A stretch of 55,314 bases of DNA from Gemmatimonadaceae bacterium (GTDB lineage Bacteria > Gemmatimonadota > Gemmatimonadetes > Gemmatimonadales > Gemmatimonadaceae), in assembly GCA_025453855.1 (NCBI GenBank), contig JALOPO010000001.1, positions 1 through 55,314 on the forward strand, in the 5' to 3' direction. The notes beneath the pieces are model-generated. The model had not been told where the DNA came from. It did not search any database and saw only the letters and a list, made by a program, of their open reading frames with translations. Made by a program: the position numbers and the translations under genes. Shown piece by piece: positions 1 through 7,941 of the stretch (within the stretch, counting starts at the first letter, position 1; the number at the start of each line of letters is the position of its first letter).

Positions 1-24
1 AGCCCGGTTCGCCGGTGCCGCGGG

Positions 25-98
25 CGGGACGTAGCGCAGCCCGGTAGCGCACCTGAATGGGGTTCAGGGGGTCGCGGGTTCGAATCCCGCCGTCCCGA
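25..98 (+). tRNA. tRNA-Pro (anticodon GGG)
   Basis: 74-nt cloverleaf. Acceptor CGGGACG/CGTCCCG, D-stem GCGC/GCGC, anticodon stem CCTGA/TCAGG with loop ATGGGGT, T-arm GCGGG-TTCGAAT-CCCGC, discriminator A. CCA is not encoded. Confidence 0.85.
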
Positions 99-105
99 CT
101 GTGGA

Positions 106-138
106 AGATTCGAGCTGGCAACCACTTGCAGATTCGAG
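106..138 (+). repeat. Two direct copies of AGATTCGAG spaced 24 bp, just 3' of the tRNA
   Basis: AGATTCGAG at 106-114 and 130-138, plus a related CAGATTGCG near 190. The position fits arm-type recombinase sites in an att region. Confidence 0.35.
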
Positions 139-222
139 TCGAAGCTGAATGGAAGGGCTCGGTGACGGTTTTGGTGACGGTTGCGTCCTCAGATTGCGCC
201 GAACGCCCCCCTGTGATGGTCA

Positions 223-259
223 AGCGCCCGCCCTGTCACTCCGACAGGGCGGGCGCTTT
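223..259. terminator. Strong GC hairpin between the tRNA and the recombinase gene end
   Basis: AGCGCCCGCCCTGTC-actcc-GACAGGGCGGGCGCT, a 15-bp perfect stem followed by TTT on the + strand. It lies 20 nt past the stop of the minus-strand gene ending at 280. Confidence 0.7.
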
Positions 260-279
260 GCTGTGGCGACAGCACGGAC

Positions 280-2118
280 TCAGACCAGCTTGGGGCACCG
301 TGCGCCGGTGGCGGCGAAGTCCGTTCGCGCATGCTGCATGACGCGCGCGGCGAGCACCAAGAGGTCGTGGTCGCTCGGGTTGAGGTAGACGCGGAGCGAC
401 GAGTCGCGATCCACGCCGCCCGCGTGGTCACGCGCCACGGTGCCGCGCACACGCACGGGGTCGTGCCCCGTGAGGGCCTCGTGGACGTCGGGGGGGATCT
501 GCCACGAGCGATAGACGTCCGCGAACAGGCGGCGCCAGACGCGCAAGTTGGTCTGCGGCGTCTTCGGCATGCCGATGATCTCCATCAGCTTCGTGTTCCA
601 GCCGGCGAGCGTCGAGTCGTCGTGCGGCGCGGGCGCGAAGTCCGCCAGCGGCATGCGCCCTCGCACCAGGGGACCGGGCGGGAACAGCGCGTAGTTCTCG
701 ATCTGGCCCGCGCGCAGCGCGGCATGTGCCTCGCGCAGGTAGCCACAGCGCATCTCGAACTCGAGCCACTCCACCTGGATCTCCGCCAGGAAGAGGTCGG
801 ACATGCCTTTCGTCCCCTTCTCCTGTGAGCGCACGACGAGGTAGCCCGCCTCGGTGAGCTGCACGTCGTTCGCCGTGAGCCGGTGGTATTGGGTCAGCCG
901 GTTCTCGATGCCCAGGATGAGCAAGAGGCGAAAGCGCGAGTCGATGGCGCGCCACGTGGTGCCCGGCGCGTGCGCGAGCGTCTGTCCGTCCCACGAGAGG
1001 TCGTGCAGGAAGAGGTAGTCGTTCGCCTTCGGGTCGGCGAGGAAGGCCGCTTCCTGCTGAGGGTACCAGTGCCGGATGAGGGCGAGCAGCAGGTCGGATG
1101 AGTCGCGGCACGGCATGGGCTTCCAGCCGGCAAGCGAACCCTTGGTGTTGGTGGGGACGCTGCCATCACGCTTCGTCGGTCGGAAGCGCAACACGCCGTC
1201 GGGGCCCACGCCCATGTGCGACCGACGCACCCGACCGGTGGCGTCGTCCGTCACCGCGAGCGCGAGCAGGGAGTGAATGCGCTGCCTCGGGTCACTGAGA
1301 TACGTCATCACGGCGCGCGCGAACGGAAGTGGCGGACGCCCCTGCGCCACGCTCTCGTCGAGAGCGCCCCCCACCGACTTCGCCAGCTGCTTGAGACGGT
1401 CGCGCAGGTCACTGAGCGGACGGAAGTTCTGGGCGCTTCGGAACTCCGCCGGTCGCACCGTTGCTGCGTGATTGAGCATCGCGCGGACCAGTTCCACGGA
1501 GCGCATCGCCCACTGGCCGGTGCCAAAATCAACCTTGGGGCCGTCCACACGGCGGAACGCGTCGACGAGGTCCTCAACCGTGAGCTGCGCTCGGCCGAGT
1601 CGGGTGCGCGCCGCCTCCAGGTGCTCCTGCCATTCGCCCTGGGTGTAGCCAGCCCCGATCCGGAGCAGAATCGAGCTCGCAAGCAGCAGGGAGTCGAAGC
1701 CACCGAGGTCCTCGAGCGGGCGCTGCACGTCCAGGATGGCGCGCACCTCCTCGATGGCGCGGCGCCACTCACGCGGCTGCTGGCTGTCCTCGTCGTGGAC
1801 CTTGCCAAGCGTCGGGTGCACGGCGAGTTCGAGCGCATCGTGCAACGTGGCACGGCGCACTGCAGTCTCTGCCGGGCCAACATCATCGGTGCTACGCGCG
1901 CGCTCTTCGGCGCGCTTGGCGAGCGCCACGCGATACGCGGGGGTGATCCGGCCCTGGTCGTCGCGAGCAGGCATGTCGAGGGAGCGGGTGATCCAGCGGT
2001 TGAGGGAGGCGTCCCACCACCGCACGCGGGCAGTGGGGCGGTCGGCGAGTTCTTCGATGGTCAGGCGGCGTCCGCAGGGGGCGAGATGCCGGAATCGGAC
2101 GAGGCGACGGCGGGGCAT
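280..2118 (-). CDS. Large tyrosine-recombinase-like integrase (start uncertain; ORF is open to 2301)
   Basis: Adjacent to the tRNA. The C-terminus carries LRVWRRLFA ... LTGHDP ... SSLRVYLNP, resembling the HxxR / GH / Y catalytic region of phage integrases. The start was taken at MPRRRL. Confidence 0.55.
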   Translation of the reverse strand: MPRRRLVRFRHLAPCGRRLTIEELADRPTARVRWWDASLNRWITRSLDMPARDDQGRITPAYRVALAKRAEERARSTDDVGPAETAVRRATLHDALELAVHPTLGKVHDEDSQQPREWRRAIEEVRAILDVQRPLEDLGGFDSLLLASSILLRIGAGYTQGEWQEHLEAARTRLGRAQLTVEDLVDAFRRVDGPKVDFGTGQWAMRSVELVRAMLNHAATVRPAEFRSAQNFRPLSDLRDRLKQLAKSVGGALDESVAQGRPPLPFARAVMTYLSDPRQRIHSLLALAVTDDATGRVRRSHMGVGPDGVLRFRPTKRDGSVPTNTKGSLAGWKPMPCRDSSDLLLALIRHWYPQQEAAFLADPKANDYLFLHDLSWDGQTLAHAPGTTWRAIDSRFRLLLILGIENRLTQYHRLTANDVQLTEAGYLVVRSQEKGTKGMSDLFLAEIQVEWLEFEMRCGYLREAHAALRAGQIENYALFPPGPLVRGRMPLADFAPAPHDDSTLAGWNTKLMEIIGMPKTPQTNLRVWRRLFADVYRSWQIPPDVHEALTGHDPVRVRGTVARDHAGGVDRDSSLRVYLNPSDHDLLVLAARVMQHARTDFAATGARCPKLV

Positions 2119-2888
2119 GAACGGCGGTAGACCCGTGCGCGTGGGATACCGACGGCAGCGGCGATCTCGAACCTGTCGCCACCTGCCGTGCGCTCCCGCG
2201 GGAAGAGCGCCTGCCATCGCATGGCGATGGCGTCCGCGGTACTCACAGCGTGCGGTGTGGCGCGGGGGGGCGCCGGCTCCTGTTCGGACGCCGCCGCGCA
2301 ACTCGATGCTGGCGTGTCGCTAGGCATCGGGGATTCGGCAAGGGCGAAGGACGAGTCTTCGCCTTGCGCGGGGGCCTGCGAGTGGACGGGTGGGCTCGCG
2401 TCCGGGGACCCATTCAGGAGGACTCTGGCCGAGGCCGACGGCGCTGCGGTCGTTCGCTCAAGTGTGCCCGGGGTCGTCGACGGCTCGACCAGGTCGCGAC
2501 GTCGGTGCCCCTCGCTGGTGCTCGGGGCCGTAGGATCCTGAGCCAGGACCGAAGGCGTGCTGGCAACTGCACGCTGGAGCCCCGCAACCTCTTCGAGAAT
2601 CTGCCGCGCGATCTGGTCACGCAGCCAGCTGGCCCGCGCGTCCTGCAACAGCATGTCCGGGTACCGACTCAGCACCGCGTCCACACACGCGGCGACGTCG
2701 GCAAGGGCGACCAGTTCTCCGTGAGCATCCTCGGCGTGGAGCGGTCGGTCCGGCATGTCGGCACTCCCACCGTCCAAGCCCTCCGCACGCATCCCCCGGG
2801 CGGGCGAACTAGCCCAACGGCCGAGTCCGGTGACCGACTGGGGCTGGGAAGGGGCAGGCGTGTGCATCGGGCCGGCAGCGAAGGTCAT
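2061..2888 (-). CDS. Hypothetical protein with C-terminal HTH (excisionase/regulator-like)
   Basis: ATG-initiated 275-aa ORF. The C-terminal DRFEIAAAVGIPRARVYRR looks like a helix-turn-helix. It overlaps the start of the recombinase gene. Confidence 0.45.
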   Translation of the reverse strand: MTFAAGPMHTPAPSQPQSVTGLGRWASSPARGMRAEGLDGGSADMPDRPLHAEDAHGELVALADVAACVDAVLSRYPDMLLQDARASWLRDQIARQILEEVAGLQRAVASTPSVLAQDPTAPSTSEGHRRRDLVEPSTTPGTLERTTAAPSASARVLLNGSPDASPPVHSQAPAQGEDSSFALAESPMPSDTPASSCAAASEQEPAPPRATPHAVSTADAIAMRWQALFPRERTAGGDRFEIAAAVGIPRARVYRRSCPAVASSDSGISPPADAA

Positions 2889-3014
2889 GCCGGCAGCCTA
2901 GGTCCCCGAAGCGTCGTTATCTTCACAGGTGTATGGCGCTCCTCCTCCAGTGGAGTCTCCAACAGAGCACTCATCTGTTTCTCGCGTCCTCCCCGTCTCC
3001 GTCCCCGTCTCCAG

Positions 3015-3695
3015 ATGCCGTCGGCGAGAAAGGACCCCTCGACTAGAAGCCGTGCCGGGACGCCCCCTCGCACGCGTCGGCGGTCTGGCAGGCCATCCGA
3101 TGGGCCGCTCGCCCACGGGACTCGACTCCTACAGGCGGTCGCTCTCTACGAGCAACTCGGTGCGTCCGAGGCGGCGCGGCGCCTCGGTGTCAGCCGGCGA
3201 ACCATCTACAACCTGCTCGAGGAGCATGCGCGCCGTCTGAATGCGGCTGGGGGCTCGCGCAACAAGCTCACGCAGGCATTCTACGAACGGCAGGACAACT
3301 GGGAGGCGCGCGAAAAGGTGCGCATCCGTCAGCAGCGATTCCGCGAACGGCGCAAGGAGGGAGATACGAGCACTGCCTCGCGTCGCGGCAAGCGTGTCGC
3401 GCGAGCGGGACGTATCCGTGTGCCCGAGTACCTCCAGGAACGGTTCAACCTGATGTCGCGCGTTCGCATGCTCTGCCCGACACTGATGCAGGCCATGCGT
3501 CACGACGCTGCCCGTCAGAAGGCCGCGTTCTCCGGCTGGGATGACGAACAGGTGGCTGCGCTTCTCTTTCGCGCAATGCGCTGGAAGCTCATTGCCGAGG
3601 CGAGTGAACTGGCTCGCGCGCTGTGCACCACATGGGGCCTTCAGCAGAACGCTGAGGAACGCTGGATGCCAGCGCTTGCTACAGAGCCCGACTGA
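3015..3695 (+). CDS. HTH DNA-binding protein
   Basis: Internal ATG of ORF 2250..3695. The motif LGASEAARRLGVSRRTIYNLLEE is a classic HTH. A basic coiled region follows. Confidence 0.55.
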   Translation: MPSARKDPSTRSRAGTPPRTRRRSGRPSDGPLAHGTRLLQAVALYEQLGASEAARRLGVSRRTIYNLLEEHARRLNAAGGSRNKLTQAFYERQDNWEAREKVRIRQQRFRERRKEGDTSTASRRGKRVARAGRIRVPEYLQERFNLMSRVRMLCPTLMQAMRHDAARQKAAFSGWDDEQVAALLFRAMRWKLIAEASELARALCTTWGLQQNAEERWMPALATEPD

Positions 3696-3832
3696 GGCAG
3701 CGCGCGCCACCTGACAAGAACGGCCCCCATCCGTGCGCCAACTCCAACCCAGCGCTCGTCGCCGGGGAAGCTGGGGCAGGATGGGGGCCTGCGCTCTTCT
3801 GTGACGTCGTCGTGCGGAGAGGGGTCGCTGCC

Positions 3833-4081
3833 TCACACCGACTGTACCACCGCCCCCGCCAGCTCCTCGACCTGCTGGTCGACGAGCCGCACCGTCTCCT
3901 CGGGGAGCACCTCACGGAGCGTCTCGCGGAGGTCCGCCGCCCACCGGGCAACGCGAGGGTTCGGCGAGCGGCCGCGGGCCAGATCCGAGTCCAGCAACGC
4001 GCGCAGGAGGTAGGCGCCGGTGAGCGCGTCGACGGTGATCGCCTTGGAGGGGGCGGGGGGCAACGAGGGGGTGGTGCTCAT
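3833..4081 (-). CDS. Small hypothetical protein (82 aa), last gene of the AAA+/HD operon
   Basis: The ATG at 4081 overlaps the stop of the upstream HD gene (ATGA). Protein begins MSTTPSLPPAPSKAITVDAL... Confidence 0.5.
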   Translation of the reverse strand: MSTTPSLPPAPSKAITVDALTGAYLLRALLDSDLARGRSPNPRVARWAADLRETLREVLPEETVRLVDQQVEELAGAVVQSV

Positions 4082-5268
4082 GCTCGGGTCTCCGCGTCGG
4101 AGGGGAATGGGACCAGCAACGACAGGAGCGTGTCCTGACCGCTCGGGGGGGCTGCGGTCACCACAGGCGGCGGGGCCGGAGGCACGTCGTCCGCCACGAG
4201 GCACGCGATAGTCGGGAGCACCGCGTCGGGTGCACACCGGTCGCTCGCCACCGGCGTGATGCGGACCGCATCGCGCGCCCATCCGCCGACGGGCTGCACC
4301 CAGTGCTCAGCGACCCTCGTTCCGGACCTCGCGGCCTGCGCCCCCTTCTCGACATGCGCCGAGGCCAAGTCCGCGGCGTGAAGGAGCCACGCCTCTCGGG
4401 ACGCGGGGCGCACATTCGAGCCCCACTCGGCCAGATTGTGGTGGCTCGCGACCACGTGCATGACATCGTCGAAGAGGGTGCCTTGCTCGGGCGTCATCAC
4501 GAAGCCAGCGTGCTCTGCCCGAGTCAGCGCCTCCTTGAGGCGCACGGCGCCCCACAGGATGTGCGTGGCCAGTCGACCGGCGTCGCCGATTCCACCACCG
4601 GCACGCAGTTCGTCGATCTTGCCCGCGTCGTGCAGGAGACCGCCGAGCACCACGACGTCGGTGTTGAGCGACACCGGGCCATCACCGTCCAACACGCTCG
4701 CGAGCGCGAGCGCCCCCTCGGTGACCTGCACGGAATGCCACCAGAGCCCGTGCCGCACGGCGTGATGATGCCCTACGGCGGCCGGCCACCGCCGCCAGCG
4801 GTTTGCGATGGTCTCACGCAACCCATCCCCCCACTCGAGTGCCGTGTGCAGCAGGACGTGAAGCAGCGCGAGTGCCGCCGGCGAGCAACGCTCTAGGAGC
4901 GCGCGCGTGCGGTCGTAGAGGCGCTCTGCCGACACCGGGCACGGAGGCACGCTCTCCTCGGCCACCGGGTGCGTGGCGGCCAGGATCGCGAGGTCGTCGA
5001 CACTCCACGCGAGGCCGTCGGGGAATGACGACACCGCGGAGCATCGCACATGGAGCGGCGTGCCGACGCCGACGTCGCGCCATTCGTCGAGGCGGTCGGA
5101 CCACACGCGCACCGTCGTCTTGCCCAACGCGTTCGCCAGGCCGATCACCGCGTACGGCTTGCCGTCCTTCGTCGTGCGGCGGTCGATGCTGGCCACCACC
5201 ACCGTGCCCTGCGCACTCTCGCCGATCCGGGTGGGGGTCGTGTCGCACGGGAACCGCGTGTTCGTCAT
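4078..5268 (-). CDS. OB-fold + HD-domain phosphohydrolase (YhaM/Cbf1-like nuclease)
   Basis: N-terminal OB-like segment GTVVVASIDRRTTKDGKPYAVIGLANALGKTTVRVW. HD signature residues HHHAVRHGLWWH, GGLLHDAGK, VVASHH, LLHAADL. GAGGAGGA lies 6 nt upstream of the ATG at 5268. Confidence 0.65.
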   Translation of the reverse strand: MTNTRFPCDTTPTRIGESAQGTVVVASIDRRTTKDGKPYAVIGLANALGKTTVRVWSDRLDEWRDVGVGTPLHVRCSAVSSFPDGLAWSVDDLAILAATHPVAEESVPPCPVSAERLYDRTRALLERCSPAALALLHVLLHTALEWGDGLRETIANRWRRWPAAVGHHHAVRHGLWWHSVQVTEGALALASVLDGDGPVSLNTDVVVLGGLLHDAGKIDELRAGGGIGDAGRLATHILWGAVRLKEALTRAEHAGFVMTPEQGTLFDDVMHVVASHHNLAEWGSNVRPASREAWLLHAADLASAHVEKGAQAARSGTRVAEHWVQPVGGWARDAVRITPVASDRCAPDAVLPTIACLVADDVPPAPPPVVTAAPPSGQDTLLSLLVPFPSDAETRA

Positions 5269-5305
5269 GCTGTCCTCCTCGCTTCCAGTGGGAAATGGGA
5301 CGTCG

Positions 5306-6250
5306 TCACGGGAGGAGCGCGCGCACGATCCGGTCGCAGGCGATCCCCTCGACCGCGTGGGCCAGGCTGCGCGGGCCGGCAAATGACTCGATGTCAAGGC
5401 TCGAGGCGGCATCGGACAGCGCGACGAGGGCGTCCGGGACCCCGAGCGCTCGCGCCAGTGCGTCGTAGGCGCTCTGCCGAACCTGAACGAGGTGCGTGCG
5501 CACTCGCGCGTCTACGCCCGGCAGCGACACGACGCTCCCCACGCGGTCTGCAAGCTCCGGCAGGAAGCCGACCTCGGTGAGCGTCCGACTCGTGATCGGG
5601 TGGCCGGTCGGCAGCATTGCGAAGGCGCCTGTGGAAAGCACCGCGAGCTTGTGCGTCTCGATGCGGAGCGGCACCGCGTCCTTCGCGGCGACGGCCGTCA
5701 CGACCCCCTCAGGATCGAGCAGCGGGAGCAGCGTCTCCTGACGACCGCGACGCCAACTGGCCGACTCGCGTTCGTGCCGGTGATCCCCGTAGCTCGCCAG
5801 CGAGAGCTTGCAGATCTCGTCGAGCACGAGGATCCCGCGCGGCGCCACATCACGGACCGTGATGGTGACCCCATCGGTCTGTGCGGCGAATGACGAGACA
5901 CCGCCGCAGAGCGCGCGGAGCGTGTCACTCAGCTGGGGCCCCGACCAGGTAGCCTCGGCCATGTCGGTGACGCAGAACCGAACCATCGGGACGCCGAGCG
6001 ACGCGGCGATAGTGCGCGCGATGAGGGACTTGCCGCTGCCCGTCGGGCCAGCGAGCAGCGTGCGCCACGGCAGTTCCAGGCAGTACCACGCGGTCGCCTG
6101 GACGGCGAGGCGCGCGAGCGCCCGCTCGAGCGGGCCGCCATCGTCACCGACGACGGTCGCCTTGAGGACCGCGAGGACGTGCGCGAGGACTGCGGGGGCA
6201 TCCTCACGCGGGGGCGGGGCCGAAGTGAGGGCAGGGAGCACCAGGGTCAC
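5306..6250 (-). CDS. ClpX/HslU-like AAA+ ATPase (no zinc-finger, no protease partner)
   Basis: Walker A GPTGSGKS and Walker B ILVLDEICK. ClpX-like segment RRGRQETLLPLLDPEG...LAVLSTGAF. A GTG start at 6250 is preceded by GGAGG. Confidence 0.7.
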   Translation of the reverse strand: MTLVLPALTSAPPPREDAPAVLAHVLAVLKATVVGDDGGPLERALARLAVQATAWYCLELPWRTLLAGPTGSGKSLIARTIAASLGVPMVRFCVTDMAEATWSGPQLSDTLRALCGGVSSFAAQTDGVTITVRDVAPRGILVLDEICKLSLASYGDHRHERESASWRRGRQETLLPLLDPEGVVTAVAAKDAVPLRIETHKLAVLSTGAFAMLPTGHPITSRTLTEVGFLPELADRVGSVVSLPGVDARVRTHLVQVRQSAYDALARALGVPDALVALSDAASSLDIESFAGPRSLAHAVEGIACDRIVRALLP

Positions 6251-6518
6251 GCGGAGCCTCCGAGTCGAATGGACTGTGCGGCACGTCGCGAGGAGATCAC
6301 ACGTCCCCTCGCATACGAAAGACAGCGGGCGGCCATAGGGCGATGGCTTGTGCGCTCGCGCGTGCGAGCGCTCACGGCGGATGCGTCGTATCGCATCGCC
6401 TCCAGCGCCCGCGCTGCATGGCGCCAACGCGCATCGCCATGCAGCCCGGGGCACCGATGGTGCGCGTCGCTTGTCAGCCGTGAGGCAGCGACCGACGGAC
6501 ATTGCGCACCCTCCTGCG

Positions 6519-7202
6519 TCAGGCGCCGCGCGCCCGGCGCCTCACCCGACGGGCCGGGAGCGACACCTGCGGCGCCGGCGCGGGCTGCGCCGGCCCGTGC
6601 TGCCCAGTCGCCCGCACGAAGGGCGCGAGGACGCGCACGAGCACCGGACGGACGATGGACAGGTAGCGCCGGATGCTGCGCTCCGAGAGGCCGAGCGCCG
6701 CCTCGATGTCCGCGTTCGCCGCGCCAGCTTCGTAGCGGAGGCGCACCAGCTCCTGCAGCCATGCCGGGAGGTTGGCGAGTGCGGCATCCCAGGCGGCGCG
6801 GATCGCCACGTCGCGCGGGTTCACCGCGTGCGTCGGCTGGACGAGGCATGCGGCGAACTGCGATGTGAGATCACCGGGCGCGCCCAGCCGGATGCGATCC
6901 CTGCCGCCGCCCGAGATCGCATACCGGAGCGCCAGCGTGCTAGCGGAGCGGGTGAGGTACGCCGTGACCTCGCGTTCGTGGGTGAAGGCGTCGGCGCGGC
7001 GCACCAACGGCAGCAGCGCATCCTGCGCCACGTCGAGGGCGATCTCCTCCGCGGTCCAGTCGCTCGCCCCCATGCGCGGCAGCAGCCGGGTGCACACAGG
7101 CAGCAGGGTGTCGATGGCCTTGTCGTAGTAGCGGATGGACCGGGGGTCCGTGTGCGGGCTGTGCGCGCCCTGAAGCGCGCGGAGCAGCGGAAGCAGCGCC
7201 AT
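6519..7202 (-). CDS. Sigma-70 family (ECF-like) RNA polymerase sigma factor
   Basis: Region-2-like DVAQDALLPLVRRADAFTHEREVTAYLTRSA. Region-4 HTH LPAWLQELVRLRYEAGAANADIEAALGLSERSIRRYL. Confidence 0.7.
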   Translation of the reverse strand: MALLPLLRALQGAHSPHTDPRSIRYYDKAIDTLLPVCTRLLPRMGASDWTAEEIALDVAQDALLPLVRRADAFTHEREVTAYLTRSASTLALRYAISGGGRDRIRLGAPGDLTSQFAACLVQPTHAVNPRDVAIRAAWDAALANLPAWLQELVRLRYEAGAANADIEAALGLSERSIRRYLSIVRPVLVRVLAPFVRATGQHGPAQPAPAPQVSLPARRVRRRARGA

Positions 7203-7555
7203 GTCGTACTCTCCTTGATTGGAGTGTGGCCCCTCCCTTGTGGAGCGGCCGTGGCGCAGCGTGTCGCGCTCTCACGGGGGGCGCCGGTGCTGAATCGGAG
7301 CGGCCATCCACACGCTTGTTCGTCGCACCGCCTGACTGACAAACCCGCCGATTTGACGGTCGAGCGATTGCGCTGACGTCACGCGCGGGTTGACGCTACG
7401 AGGGACGTCACCTGCCCGATGCGAGAACCGGATGCATGGGGGGCACACCAGCGAGTGGACGACCAGCCCCGAGCCAGCACCTTCGCGGAGGGGGGGGCTA
7501 CTTCGCCCCGTCGGGCCTCTCGCGGACGGCTCGCCGGCTGCCGTACGCTCGAGGC

Positions 7556-7858
7556 ATGACGACATCACTCTCGACCCCGGCTGGAGCTGCGCGAACGTCG
7601 CGAGCTCGACTGACCAAGCATCGCTGGCTCACCTTCGGCGAGGTTGTCCACCTCCTCCGGCTTCCGCGTCATGCGCGCCGCTACCTGCAACGCCGGCTGC
7701 TTGGATCGGCATGGGAGGACATCTTGCAGATTCAACGTCTTGCGGCTGAGCACAGCCGTGAGCTCCCTACACCGCCGGACAGTCCAGCCCCATGGGTCAT
7801 GTCCCGTCGCCTCGTGCTCACCCACCGGCGGGCGTTGCTGATCGAGCTGTTCGGCTGA
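7556..7858 (+). CDS. Small putative DNA-binding protein (AlpA/excisionase-like HTH)
   Basis: Internal ATG. The segment HRWLTFGEVVHLLRLPRHARRYLQRR resembles excisionase-type HTHs. It is divergent from the sigma factor gene. Confidence 0.4.
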   Translation: MTTSLSTPAGAARTSRARLTKHRWLTFGEVVHLLRLPRHARRYLQRRLLGSAWEDILQIQRLAAEHSRELPTPPDSPAPWVMSRRLVLTHRRALLIELFG

Positions 7859-7941
7859 CAAGAGGGCGGACCGAGTATGCGAGCGCCGCGCCGCGCCTCC
7901 GAGAGGCACGGCGCGGCGTGTCCGCGATGCCGAGCGTCCAA

